Origin: Syntrophorhabdaceae bacterium
GTDB taxonomy: Bacteria; Desulfobacterota; Syntrophorhabdia; Syntrophorhabdales; Syntrophorhabdaceae
Length of the DNA: 64,000 nucleotides
Direction of reading: 5' to 3'
Assembly: GCA_963665295.1 (NCBI GenBank)
Contig: OY762209.1
Location: 5,088,001 to 5,152,000, forward strand
Under the pieces are notes generated by a model, which ran no database searches, had not been told where the DNA came from, and saw only the letters and a program-made list of their open reading frames with translations. Positions 36,481 through 46,601 of this stretch are shown piece after piece. The translations under genes were made by a program, and so were the position numbers. The first letter of the stretch is position 1; every line of letters starts with the position of its first letter.

Positions 36481-37782
36481 ATGAAAGGAATCCTCACCAT
36501 AGCTGGTTATGACCCCTCGTCAGGGGCGGGCATAACGAGAGACCTCGATGTCTTTTTTTCTCTCGGACTCCATGGCCTGTCTGTTCCCACCGCCATTGTG
36601 GTGCAGGGTCCCCAGGGTGTAAAAGCGGTATATCCCACGCCCATGGACCAGTTTTCTTCCATGCTCGACCTCCTGTCCGGGGGGACGGGAATCGACGGGG
36701 TGAAAATAGGCGTTGTCTGGGATGAACCGTATTGCACCGGGATCGCCTCCTTCCTCAAGGAAAGAGAGGGTATACCCGTGATCGTCGATCCCGTCGCCCA
36801 GGCAAAAAACGACACGCCCCTTGTCACGGAAAAGGGCCTCCGGCGGCTTACGGACACGGTTTTCCCCCTCGCGTCGGTGGTGACCCCCAACCTTGACGAG
36901 GCTTCGATACTCACGGGAAAGGTCATCAACGACATGGAAGGCATGAAAGAGGCAGCCCGCGCGATCCGGCGGATGGGTCCCGGGGCGGTGATAGTGAAGG
37001 GCGGCCACCTCGAAGGGGAGCCTATCGACCTTCTCTTCGACGGCACGGAGTTTACCTTTTCCCGGAAACGGCGCGTGGCAAGACAGGTCCACGGCACGGG
37101 GTGCATGTTCTCCTCCGCGCTCTGCTCGTTCCTTGTCCACGGCTACCCGGTGAAAGAGGCTTTTCTCGCTGCCGGGGAATTCATGAGGGAGATGCTGAAC
37201 GAGAGCTACAGGATAGACAGGGATGGATATTTTTACGCTTCGCCGGGGCTCACAAACAGCGTGCGGGCAGACCGTTACCACGTGCTCGCCTTGCTCGGAC
37301 AAGCCGGTGAGCGACTGACCGCACTCAATATGGCGGAATTCATCCCCGAGGCCCAACTCAATATGGGATACGCCATCCAGGGCGCAAGGGGGATCGAAGA
37401 CGTGGCCGCATTCCCCGGCCGGATAGGCCGTTTCGGAGACCGGGTGGTCTTTAAGGGGGATCCCCGTTTCGGCGCGTCGTCCCGCACGGCACGAATGATC
37501 CTCGCGTTTATGAAACATTACCCCTTCGTGAGGTCCTGCGCAAACGTGCGGTTAAGCGACGCCTCATTGAAAAAGGCCTATGAATCGGGTATGACTGTGC
37601 TCCCCATCGGCAGATCGGAGTATACGGGGCCCGATTCCCTTGTAGGGACGGCTCTGCAAGGAACACACAAACCCCCGGACATCATCCATGACGGGGGAGA
37701 TAAAGTGAGAGAACCTGTTACCGGGCTTTTTGCAGAAAATCCACGGGAACTTATTAAAAAGATGGAGACTATAAGAATATGA
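36481..37782 (+). CDS. thiD: HMP/HMP-P kinase ThiD with a C-terminal ThiN-like domain
   Basis: LTIAGYDPSSGAGITRDL, TPNLDEA, VKGGH, HGTGCMFSSA; C-terminal FIPE...EDVAAFPGRI...FGASS. Confidence 0.88.
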   Translation: MKGILTIAGYDPSSGAGITRDLDVFFSLGLHGLSVPTAIVVQGPQGVKAVYPTPMDQFSSMLDLLSGGTGIDGVKIGVVWDEPYCTGIASFLKEREGIPVIVDPVAQAKNDTPLVTEKGLRRLTDTVFPLASVVTPNLDEASILTGKVINDMEGMKEAARAIRRMGPGAVIVKGGHLEGEPIDLLFDGTEFTFSRKRRVARQVHGTGCMFSSALCSFLVHGYPVKEAFLAAGEFMREMLNESYRIDRDGYFYASPGLTNSVRADRYHVLALLGQAGERLTALNMAEFIPEAQLNMGYAIQGARGIEDVAAFPGRIGRFGDRVVFKGDPRFGASSRTARMILAFMKHYPFVRSCANVRLSDASLKKAYESGMTVLPIGRSEYTGPDSLVGTALQGTHKPPDIIHDGGDKVREPVTGLFAENPRELIKKMETIRI

Positions 37783-39062
37783 AGAATCAATTGGTATTGG
37801 CGAGAGAAGGAAAGATCACGGAAGAGATGGAGCGCGTAGCCCGCGACGAGGGTATCGACAAAGAGGCGCTCAGGCTGTCCATCGCAGAAGGAAAAGCGAC
37901 GATACTTGCAAACAACAGGCACCGGGATTTCATCCCCAAGGGCGTGGGCAAGGGAATGAGCGTAAAGGTGAATGCAAATATCGGGACCTCTTCCGAAAGG
38001 GTCGATATCGACGCGGAACTCAAGAAGCTCGACATGGCGGTAAAGGCAGGGGCGGATGCGGTAATGGACCTCTCCACCGGCGGTGACCTCGACGAGATCA
38101 GAAAGATAATTATCGCCCGCGCGGGGATCCCCCTCGGCACGGTGCCCATATACCAGGCTGCCGTGGAGGCGGTGAAGAATAGAAAAGGGATTACCAACCT
38201 GGAGCCCGATGAACTCTTCGACGTGATCGAGAAGCACGGGCAGGACGGCGTCGATTTTGTTACCGTTCACTGCGGCATCACGCAAAGGGCCCTCGAGCGC
38301 ATCAAGAAGCAGGGCCGCGTCACCGATATCGTAAGCAGGGGCGGCGCGTTCCTCACGGAGTGGATGATCGTCAACGGGAAGGAAAACCCCCTTTATGAAC
38401 AGTATGACCGGCTCCTCGCCATTGCAAAAAAATATGACATGACCATCAGCCTCGGGGACGGGCTCAGACCGGGGTCTATCGCGGACGCCACGGACAGGGG
38501 CCAGATCGAGGAATTGATCACCCTCGGGGAATTAAGTCAGGAAGCGATCAGGAATGACGTGCAGGTAATGATCGAAGGGCCGGGACATGTGCCTCTCAAC
38601 CTCATAGAAACGAACATCCTCCTTCAGAAGGCCCTCTGCAACGAGGCTCCTTTTTACGTTCTCGGTCCCATCGTCACCGACATCGCACCGGGCTACGACC
38701 ATATCACGTCGGCCATCGGAGGCGCACTCGCGGGATTTTACGGCGCGGATTTCCTTTGTTACGTGACACCCGCCGAGCACCTGGGCCTGCCATACCCCCA
38801 GGACGTGTGGGACGGGGTCATGGTGTGCAAGATCGCGGCCCATGCCGCCGATGTAGCGCGGGGTAACAAGTTGGCCCTTGCCCGCGACAGGGACATGTCC
38901 GTATTCCGCAAGGCCCTCGACTGGGAAGGTCAGACGTCATGCGCCATCGACCCGGACAAGATACGGACCTTCAGGAAGGAGCGGAACCTCGAAAGCAATG
39001 TGTGCAGCATGTGCGGTGAATTCTGCGCCATGAAGATAGTGAAGGATTATTTCAAGAAATAG
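37779..39062 (+). CDS. thiC: Phosphomethylpyrimidine synthase ThiC
   Basis: KVNANIGTS, MDLSTGG, VSRGG, SLGDGLRPG, EGPGHVP, PGYDHITSAIG, CYVTPAEHL, CSMCGEFCA. Confidence 0.97.
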   Translation: MKNQLVLAREGKITEEMERVARDEGIDKEALRLSIAEGKATILANNRHRDFIPKGVGKGMSVKVNANIGTSSERVDIDAELKKLDMAVKAGADAVMDLSTGGDLDEIRKIIIARAGIPLGTVPIYQAAVEAVKNRKGITNLEPDELFDVIEKHGQDGVDFVTVHCGITQRALERIKKQGRVTDIVSRGGAFLTEWMIVNGKENPLYEQYDRLLAIAKKYDMTISLGDGLRPGSIADATDRGQIEELITLGELSQEAIRNDVQVMIEGPGHVPLNLIETNILLQKALCNEAPFYVLGPIVTDIAPGYDHITSAIGGALAGFYGADFLCYVTPAEHLGLPYPQDVWDGVMVCKIAAHAADVARGNKLALARDRDMSVFRKALDWEGQTSCAIDPDKIRTFRKERNLESNVCSMCGEFCAMKIVKDYFKK

Positions 39063-39068
39063 ACCCAT

Positions 39069-40289
39069 ATGGGATACGCACCCTCACAATGGCAGATCCA
39101 CATATACACCGTGGCGGAGCTCTCCTCCCGGATACGGCAGTCCATCAACAGCCAGTTCCGGGACGTGTTCGTGGAAGGAGAGATCTCCAACGCCAAGCTC
39201 TACCCTTCCGGCCACCTCTACTTCACCCTGAAGGACGATTCGGCCACAATAAAGGCCGTAGTTTTCAACTTCGCCGGCAAATATCCGGAGGGGACCCTCA
39301 AGGACGGCACGGCGGTCATATGCAAGGGCCGGGTGGATGTGTACGAAAAACGGGGAGAATACAGACTCCTTGTCGATATAGTGGAGATAAAGGGCATCGG
39401 CCTCATGCAGTTGAAGTTCCAGATGCTCAAGGAAAGATTGCAACACGAGGGCATTTTCGCCCCTGAACGGAAAAAGCCCCTTCCCTTCCTGCCGGAGAGG
39501 ATAGGAATAGTCACTTCTCCCGCGGGGGCCGCGGTAAGGGATATGCTCAAGGTCATTTACGGCAAGTTCGCCAACATGAGCGTTCTCATATACCCGGTGA
39601 AGGTCCAGGGCGACGCCGCAGGCGGTGAGATAGTGGAAGGGATCGAATACTTCAACAGGACCGGGGAAGTGGACGTAATTATCCTGGGCAGGGGAGGAGG
39701 CTCCATCGAGGACCTCGCCCCATTCAATGAGGAGGTGGTGGCGCGGGCCATCTTTTCCTCTGAGATACCCATAGTCTCCGCAGTCGGTCACGAGATCGAT
39801 TTCACCATTGCGGACTTCTCCGCCGATGTAAGGGCGCCTACCCCTACGGCGGCCGCGGACCTCGTGGTAAAGGATAAAAGAGAGCTGGTCAGCCTCCTCG
39901 ACGACACGAACACGAGACTGAAGCACGGTATGAGAAAGCTCCTCGAACGGTCAAGGCTCGGCCTCCTCAAAAGCGTCGTGAACCTCGAAGCCAGGAAAGA
40001 TTTCATAGTGAACTACAGGATGTATGTGGATGAGATCACCAACAACCTGGTCCACAGTTTTTCTTCCTATTTTAAAGAGAGGAAGGCCGAAACAGAATCC
40101 CTCGCCCAGCGGCTGCGGGATTTAAACCCCGACAACATCCTCAAGCGGGGATACAGCATTACGGTGAAGAAGTCAACGAACGAAGTGGTGACGGACCCCA
40201 ACCGGGTCGCCCTCGACGAGTTGCTCCTCATAAAACTCCATGAAGGCGAACTGGAGGTTTCTGTACGAAAAAAACAGTCCGCCCCGTAA
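39069..40289 (+). CDS. xseA: Exodeoxyribonuclease VII large subunit
   Basis: VEGEISN, SGHLYFTLKD, GIVTSPAGAA, RGGGSIEDL, SAVGHEIDFTIADF, RAPTPTAAA, ILKRGYSI. Confidence 0.96.
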   Translation: MGYAPSQWQIHIYTVAELSSRIRQSINSQFRDVFVEGEISNAKLYPSGHLYFTLKDDSATIKAVVFNFAGKYPEGTLKDGTAVICKGRVDVYEKRGEYRLLVDIVEIKGIGLMQLKFQMLKERLQHEGIFAPERKKPLPFLPERIGIVTSPAGAAVRDMLKVIYGKFANMSVLIYPVKVQGDAAGGEIVEGIEYFNRTGEVDVIILGRGGGSIEDLAPFNEEVVARAIFSSEIPIVSAVGHEIDFTIADFSADVRAPTPTAAADLVVKDKRELVSLLDDTNTRLKHGMRKLLERSRLGLLKSVVNLEARKDFIVNYRMYVDEITNNLVHSFSSYFKERKAETESLAQRLRDLNPDNILKRGYSITVKKSTNEVVTDPNRVALDELLLIKLHEGELEVSVRKKQSAP

Positions 40290-40318
40290 CCTGATCCCTT
40301 TCGCCTTCTTTTTAAAAC

Positions 40319-40660
40319 CTATATCCCCATATTCGACAACATAACCGAGATGCGGTTGACGATGTCCACAAGTTTGGGGTGGGAGCTTTCAATGCCTTCC
40401 ACGGAGGACGCGAGCCCTCTTACTGAGAGCTTCAGAAGCTCAGGGTTCTGTTCGCTCCGGGTCGCTTCATGGGCCGATACTTTCGCGAATCCTGCGATAC
40501 TCTCCGCACGCTCGGCATGGGTTTTCGAAAGCTCGGCAACCTCGCCCTTAAGGGTTTCGAGAAGCTGCACCAGCTCTTCCATACCCTCGTCCTTCTCGTT
40601 GCCCCGCTTCTTCGACTCCTCGATTCTCGTCTCGATCTTGCGGATAGTCTCTTCTATCAT
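40319..40660 (-). CDS. DUF4404-like helical protein
   Basis: GGAGG RBS before MIEETIRKIE; C-terminal ESSHPKLVDIVNRISVMLSNMGI. Confidence 0.78.
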   Translation of the reverse strand: MIEETIRKIETRIEESKKRGNEKDEGMEELVQLLETLKGEVAELSKTHAERAESIAGFAKVSAHEATRSEQNPELLKLSVRGLASSVEGIESSHPKLVDIVNRISVMLSNMGI

Positions 40661-40762
40661 GCCTCCCCCCGTTCTTTTGTCCCCTTTTGGGGGATGGATG
40701 GTATTCCTTCCTATATTATCAGGAGAGTTCCACCGAAAAGTCAACACCTGTGGGGCCGTGTC

Positions 40763-41134
40763 ATGACAATTTTTAAACACAACGCACTATGGATGATGAT
40801 GGTACTATCGATGGTCTCTTTTTCCTTCCAGATGCTCTTCCCGGCGACGGTTACCGCCGCAGGCGCGGACCAGGGGAAGGTCCTGTACGAAAACAAGTGT
40901 TCCTACTGCCACGGGTCAAACGGCAAGGGTGACGGGGCTTCTTCCAAAAAGCTGGGGGTCAGTCCCAGTGATCTCATCTCTTGGGAACTCTGGAAGGACA
41001 AAGCGCCCGGGAAGATCCGGTCCGCCATAGAGGATGGTTACGGGGCCATGCCGGGCGTGGATGTGGCGCCCGGAGAAACGTCGGCGATTATCGAGTACAT
41101 GTCAAAAACTTTCCGGCCTCAGGCGAAGAAGTAG
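40763..41134 (+). CDS. Periplasmic monoheme class I cytochrome c
   Basis: Signal peptide, GKVLYENKCSYCHGSNGKGDG (CxxCH), axial Met in GYGAMP. Confidence 0.88.
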   Translation: MTIFKHNALWMMMVLSMVSFSFQMLFPATVTAAGADQGKVLYENKCSYCHGSNGKGDGASSKKLGVSPSDLISWELWKDKAPGKIRSAIEDGYGAMPGVDVAPGETSAIIEYMSKTFRPQAKK

Positions 41135-41179
41135 GTATCCGAAAGAAGAACATCCCGCCTGGGCAGAAAGGAGGGGCAT

Positions 41180-41560
41180 GCATCACGAGGCCGCGAAAGC
41201 AACGTGGACCCGATCCGCGTTGAGGGTGTCAGCCGTCTTTATCCTTATGTCTTCTCAACAGCGTGATCTTCTTTATAATTACGATGGCTTCGGCAGGGAC
41301 GCATCGGACAATAATGTCTTTTACCTCCTTGCATGGGTCGCGTTTTGAAAGGAATGTTCCGGAAACGGCCCGTCAACACGGGGAGGGTCACCTATGGATT
41401 ATCTGAGCAGATTCTATGAACTCTTTCAATATTTCGGATATTTCCACCCCATCCGACGGAACCCGGGGGAAGATGCCCTCCTTTACAGAGAAAAGGCTGC
41501 CTGATGCCGACGTGAAGATGCTCTATGATTATATAGTCAATGCGTTCCCCGGAAGGAGGA
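41180..41560 (+). pseudogene. Possible degenerate second cytochrome c gene
   Basis: Across frames: a hydrophobic signal-like stretch, KECSGNGP (eroded CxxCH?), IRRNPG, then KMPSFTEKRLPDADVKMLYDYIVNAF, typical of a c-type cytochrome C-terminus. Boundaries approximate. Confidence 0.45.
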
Positions 41561-41643
41561 TAACGCCGGAGTATTACCCGCCGGCAGCGCCCCTACGGCC
41601 GCCGAAAGGTTCACTACCCTTTGGACAATGGCGTTGCGTCGTC

Positions 41644-42636
41644 TTAAAAAGTCCCCGCAAGAGCAATCCCGAAAATGGGTGCTGTGGCGTAACTCGTGCT
41701 GTCGATCCGGTCTCCCGACCGGTCCTCTATCCTGAGGCCGCCGCCAAAGGCGAGACCGCCGAAGAGATAGGCCCGGAGCTTGTTCTCGAACTTCCGTTCC
41801 AGGCAAAGGTATACGGGCACGGAACTGACCTGACCGATGCCGTTCGGCGTCTGGTTGCTGTCGGCCAGACGAAAACGGTATGAATGAAACCCTCCCCCAA
41901 GGCCGACCAGCCAGTTTTTGTCCAGGTCGTAATTCAACTCAAGGCCCGCGGGCCCTGTCGGCCCCGTTCTGTAAGGGTTCATGAGGTGAAGGTGTTTCGT
42001 GATATTCCAGGATATGATCAGGGCCGGGTACACAGTGGTCTGTTCCAACCGGTAGAAGGCTCCGCTGCCAAAACCGATCATGAGGTCCTTATGGGGCGCA
42101 TAAGCAGCCCCCACGACACCCCCATAGAGAATAGATTTTCCCGCCTCAGCCCCTTCCTCGCCTGCATACTGCACCATGGGACTAAAAAAGAGGTTCCACT
42201 TCGGGCTCGCCCTGTATGCCATCCGCCCTGTGAGACCCACCCTGTGCACCTTGTTCCAGGGGTCGGGTGCGCCCAGGCCCGGCTGGCGGGAAAATGAACC
42301 CAGGCCGGAAAAATAGTAATCGTCAAACTCATAGGAAAGTCCGAACCCCACTTCGACTTTATCACTCACCGGCGCCTTCACGTTGATCCCGGTCAAATAG
42401 CGCGTGGTAGTAAGATCGCCCCCGCCGCTTATGTGGGTCTTCGGCTGAAAATGTATCCCCCCATCCACAGTGACCTTGACCCCTCCGAGGGCGGCCGGGT
42501 CTGTCGCGCCCGTCTCGGCAGACAGGCAGGGGGAATGGAGAATAAAGACAACCGAAATAATTATCATGGCCAAAAGTAACGGCAGAAGAGGGAAACACCT
42601 TTTCCTCCGGTAAGTGCACACAGACATGTCTCTCAT
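41644..42636 (-). CDS. Putative outer-membrane beta-barrel protein (DUF6268-like)
   Basis: AGGAGG RBS before ATG 42636; signal peptide; alternating aromatic/Gly beta-strands; terminal Phe (IALAGTF). Confidence 0.7.
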   Translation of the reverse strand: MRDMSVCTYRRKRCFPLLPLLLAMIIISVVFILHSPCLSAETGATDPAALGGVKVTVDGGIHFQPKTHISGGGDLTTTRYLTGINVKAPVSDKVEVGFGLSYEFDDYYFSGLGSFSRQPGLGAPDPWNKVHRVGLTGRMAYRASPKWNLFFSPMVQYAGEEGAEAGKSILYGGVVGAAYAPHKDLMIGFGSGAFYRLEQTTVYPALIISWNITKHLHLMNPYRTGPTGPAGLELNYDLDKNWLVGLGGGFHSYRFRLADSNQTPNGIGQVSSVPVYLCLERKFENKLRAYLFGGLAFGGGLRIEDRSGDRIDSTSYATAPIFGIALAGTF

Positions 42637-43043
42637 TTCTTTCCTCCTGTCCCGCCTGGGGATCAAAGCGTGTGCCCATTCTATCACGCTCGCATTGGCA
42701 GGTCCACAAAAAGAACACTGAGGGACTTCGCTTTCCCGTCTGTCTTGAAAGGCTTCAACTGGAAGCAAGGACAAAGCGCGGAGAAACGTAGGGTGGGAGT
42801 GAGGCGGGCGGGGAGGGGTCTTCCCGCCCGCCCAGGATAATCGGGATGTGGTTGAATGTGCTGCAAATGGAATAAGAGACAACATGTCTTTTCAATTATC
42901 GAGCTGAAAGGCGCCCTCTCTCAACCCACATGTGCGGGGAACGCCACCCACCCACTCCCCGTCAGCAGCATTGCCCGGCCCGCTGAAAGTACCGGGCAGG
43001 GGCTTATACCCCGATCCGGCGTTTATCGCTGCCGGTCTTAAAA

Positions 43044-43072
43044 TTGACACACTGCGGGGGGAGGGGTATAAT
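43044..43072 (+). promoter_or_regulatory. Consensus sigma70 promoter of the nad operon
   Basis: Perfect TTGACA-N17-TATAAT. Confidence 0.8.
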
Positions 43073-43078
43073 AAACGC

Positions 43079-43906
43079 TTGAAAACGGAAACTCTCATAA
43101 AGGCGGCCCTCGACGAAGACATGGGACGGGGAGATGTCACTACCGATTCCATCGTCCCTTCGGACCAGGTCTCGCAGGCGTCGATAATCGCGAAGGCCGA
43201 CTGCGTCATCGCCGGTCACGATATTGTCCGCCTCGTATTCCACACCCTCGACGGGGACATTGTCTATGACGCGCTCATCGGAGACGGCGTGCTCGCAAGA
43301 AAGGGTGAGACTGTGTCCAGGATCTCAGGCAGGACCCGGACAATCCTCACAGGCGAGCGGGTCGCGCTCAACTTCTTTCAGAGGCTCTCAGGCATCGCCA
43401 CCGCAACGCGAAGGTTCGTGGACGCGGCAAAGGGCACGAAGGCCCGCATCCTCGATACGCGAAAGACCACGCCCGGACTCAGGACGCTGGAAAAATACGC
43501 CGTCCTCATGGGGGGCGGATACAACCACAGATTTGACCTCTCGGAGATGGCCCTTATAAAGGAAAACCATATCGCCGCCGCGGGTTCCATCCGGGACGCG
43601 GTAAGGCTCATAAGAGAAAGAAGCCGGGTAGCCATAGAAGTCGAAGTGAAAAACATGGCGGAACTGAAGGAAGCAGTGGAACAGAAGGTGGAAAGGATCA
43701 TGCTCGACAACTGGAGCACCGAAGACACCTGGAAGGCGGTCGCCTTTGTCAAAGGCGCGGTCCCCCTTGAAGCGTCCGGCAACATGACCGTCGAGCGGCT
43801 AGCGGAGGTAGCCCCCACAGGGGTCGATTTCATCTCTGTCGGCTCCCTCACCCACTCCTTCGAATCGGCCGATCTCAGCCTGCTCATAGCGGAAAAGGAC
43901 AAATAA
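43079..43906 (+). CDS. nadC: Nicotinate-nucleotide pyrophosphorylase (carboxylating)
   Basis: AALDEDMGRGDVTT, ERVALNF, DTRKTTPGLR, NHRFDL, IKENHI, EVEV, MLDN, EASG; probable TTG start at 43079. Confidence 0.95.
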   Translation: MKTETLIKAALDEDMGRGDVTTDSIVPSDQVSQASIIAKADCVIAGHDIVRLVFHTLDGDIVYDALIGDGVLARKGETVSRISGRTRTILTGERVALNFFQRLSGIATATRRFVDAAKGTKARILDTRKTTPGLRTLEKYAVLMGGGYNHRFDLSEMALIKENHIAAAGSIRDAVRLIRERSRVAIEVEVKNMAELKEAVEQKVERIMLDNWSTEDTWKAVAFVKGAVPLEASGNMTVERLAEVAPTGVDFISVGSLTHSFESADLSLLIAEKDK

Positions 43907-44968
43907 ATGAACACCGACAGCAGCATTCCCGAAAAAGACGACGTACTCCTCAAACTCTCGAAGGCAAAAGAGGCGCTTGGGAAGGATCTTCTCATCCTCG
44001 CCCACTTCTATCAGCATAATGATATCGTGCGGTTCGCCGATTTCGTCGGCGATTCCCTTCAACTCGCCGAGAAGGCGGCCCTTAACAAGGATGCCCGTTA
44101 TATCGTCTTCTGCTCCGTGTCGTTCATGGCAGAGACGGCAAGGATTCTCTGCGCCCCCGAACAGGAGGTACTCCATCCCGAGCCCGAGTCACGTTGTCCC
44201 CTCGCCGACATGGCCGCTCTGGATCAGGTCGAGTCCGCGTGGGGCCAGTTGGAGAAGCTGAACAAGACGATCGTACCTGTAGTCTACGTGAATTCCAATG
44301 CGGACCTCAAGGCGTTCTGCGCCCGAAACGACGGCATGGTCTGCACGTCGTCGAACGTGAAGAAGGTCTTCAACCATATCCTGTCCCAGGGCAAGTCCGT
44401 TTTCTTCTTCCCCGACGAGAATATGGGACGCAACACCGCCCGCGACATGGGCCTTGATGAGGGGGACGTGTTTCTCTGGAACCCCGGGGAAGGCATGGGA
44501 CCGGCCGCCGGCGGCAAGGCCGGACAGGCGCGCGTCTTCCTGTGGGAAGGCTTCTGCATCGTTCACAGGGTGATGGGACCCCGCGATATCGAAAGGCTTC
44601 GCCGCGAACACACAGGGATTAAGGTGGTGGTCCATCCCGAGTGCACGCCGGGTACTTACAACCTCGCCGACTATGCGGGTTCCACGAGCTTCATCAGGAA
44701 CATAGTGGGGGGATCGGAGCCCGGTTCGAAATGGGCCATAGGAACGGAGTGGAACTTTGTGGACCGCATAAGGGCCGCAAACCCCGACAAGCTGGTGGTA
44801 CCCTTGAAAGAGGAAAGATGCAAGGAGATGGCGAAGACAACGCCCCGAAAGCTCCTTCACATTCTCCAGGGTTTGACGGAGGGAAAACTCCTGAACAGGG
44901 TTGTGGTGGACCCCGACGTCGCCCGTGAGGCAAGGATTGCCTTGAAACGGATGCTCGAGCTGGCGTGA
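43907..44968 (+). CDS. nadA: Quinolinate synthase
   Basis: LAHFYQ, GDSLQLA, FCSVSFMAETA, CPLADM, YVNS, CTSSN, PDENMG, CIVH, HPEC. Confidence 0.95.
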   Translation: MNTDSSIPEKDDVLLKLSKAKEALGKDLLILAHFYQHNDIVRFADFVGDSLQLAEKAALNKDARYIVFCSVSFMAETARILCAPEQEVLHPEPESRCPLADMAALDQVESAWGQLEKLNKTIVPVVYVNSNADLKAFCARNDGMVCTSSNVKKVFNHILSQGKSVFFFPDENMGRNTARDMGLDEGDVFLWNPGEGMGPAAGGKAGQARVFLWEGFCIVHRVMGPRDIERLRREHTGIKVVVHPECTPGTYNLADYAGSTSFIRNIVGGSEPGSKWAIGTEWNFVDRIRAANPDKLVVPLKEERCKEMAKTTPRKLLHILQGLTEGKLLNRVVVDPDVAREARIALKRMLELA

Positions 44969-44969
44969 A

Positions 44970-46541
44970 ATGGATCGGGACACAAAACATTACTGCGATA
45001 TTCTGATCATCGGTTCGGGCATTGCGGGTCTCACCGCAGCCATTTCCGCATCGGAAGCCGGCCTTGACGTAATCGTGATAAACAAGGAAGCCGACCTCAA
45101 GGAATCGAATACCTTTTACGCCCAGGGCGGGATAGTGGCCCGCGGCCAGGACGATTCGCCTGAACTCCTTACAAATGACATCATGGCTGCGGGGGACGGC
45201 ATCTCCAACCCCGAAGCGGTCGATATCGTGGCCTCCCAAGGCCCCGTAATGGTCAACGACTTTCTCGTGGGAAAACTCACCGTGCCCTTTACCCGGGGGG
45301 AGAACGGCGCTTTCCAGTACGCCCGGGAAGGAAACCACTGCAGGAGAAGAATCCTCCACAGCATGGACACCACGGGAAGGGCTATCGAGGAGGCCCTTGA
45401 AAGACGGGCGAGAGAAGACCGCCGCATCCGTATCTTCCCCGCCTATACTGCCATCGACCTTCTCACTATTCCCCATCACTCGACGAATCCTCTTGCCCTT
45501 TACGTTGAGCCTCAGTGCATCGGGGCTTACGCGCTCAACAACCGGACCGAAGAAGTGGAAAGGGTCTTCTCGTCGTACACCGTCCTTGCAACCGGAGGGC
45601 TGGGGAGGTTGTTCCTTCACACTACAAACCCGCCGTGCGCCACAGGAGATGGGCTTGCCATGGCATCCAGGGCAGGGGCGCGACTCATCAACATGGAGTA
45701 CGTCCAGTTCCATCCCACCACCCTCTTCCACCCGGACGCCGACGGCTTCCTCATCTCCGAAGCAGTGAGGGGGGAAGGGGCGCGACTCATGACCAGGGAC
45801 GGCGAATTCTTCATGGACAAGTACTCCCCCCTTGGCGACCTGGCGCCCAGGGACGAGGTCTGCAGGGCCATGTACGAAGAGATGCTGAAACGAGGCGACT
45901 CATACGTCTATCTCGATGTGGCTTCCTTTGCGAAGATCGACATCACCAAGCGCTTCCCCACCATATACGGGACGTGCCTGGGCCTCGGCATCGATATGCT
46001 GAGAGAACCCATTCCCGTGGTCCCCGCGGCCCATTACAGTTGCGGCGGCGTCCACGTGGACCTATGGGGAAGGACGTCCCTCAAGAGCCTCTACGCCATA
46101 GGGGAGGTTTCCGCCACGGGACTGCACGGGGCGAACAGGCTCGCCTCCACATCTCTCCTCGAGGGCCTTGTATGGGGACTCAGGTCCGTACAGCACATAG
46201 CCGGCCATTTCAACAGTGAAAAAGTCTACAAGGAGTCGGATATCCCCGCCTGGATTTACCCTGATCGGGAGGAAGAGGCGGACCGGGCCCTCGTAAACCA
46301 GGACTGGCTCAGCGTCAAATCAACCATGTGGAACTATGTGGGCATCATAAGAACGGTGAAACGGCTGGAAAGGGCCAATGCGGACCTTCAATACCTGACG
46401 AGCAGGATCAATGATTTTTACCGGAAGACACATTTAAGCCCCATGATACTGGGCTTAAGGAACGGCATCCGCGCCGCATGTCTTGTGGCGAGAGCGGCCT
46501 TTATCAATAGAAAAAGCCGGGGAACCCATTACGTCACATAG
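44970..46541 (+). CDS. nadB: L-aspartate oxidase
   Basis: IIGSGIAGL, YAQGGI, QFHPT, LISEAVRGEG, LAPRD, PAAHYSCGG, GLHGANRLASTSLLE. Confidence 0.95.
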   Translation: MDRDTKHYCDILIIGSGIAGLTAAISASEAGLDVIVINKEADLKESNTFYAQGGIVARGQDDSPELLTNDIMAAGDGISNPEAVDIVASQGPVMVNDFLVGKLTVPFTRGENGAFQYAREGNHCRRRILHSMDTTGRAIEEALERRAREDRRIRIFPAYTAIDLLTIPHHSTNPLALYVEPQCIGAYALNNRTEEVERVFSSYTVLATGGLGRLFLHTTNPPCATGDGLAMASRAGARLINMEYVQFHPTTLFHPDADGFLISEAVRGEGARLMTRDGEFFMDKYSPLGDLAPRDEVCRAMYEEMLKRGDSYVYLDVASFAKIDITKRFPTIYGTCLGLGIDMLREPIPVVPAAHYSCGGVHVDLWGRTSLKSLYAIGEVSATGLHGANRLASTSLLEGLVWGLRSVQHIAGHFNSEKVYKESDIPAWIYPDREEEADRALVNQDWLSVKSTMWNYVGIIRTVKRLERANADLQYLTSRINDFYRKTHLSPMILGLRNGIRAACLVARAAFINRKSRGTHYVT

Positions 46542-46601
46542 GCGGCGCAACACGCGCCTTTGCCCTGTTTCAACGTCCTTCTCTACCCCGTGCGACGAAT
46601 G

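Noticed and set aside
39069..40320. Absence of xseB beside xseA
   Set aside because: The two genes are unlinked in many bacteria, so this is not informative.
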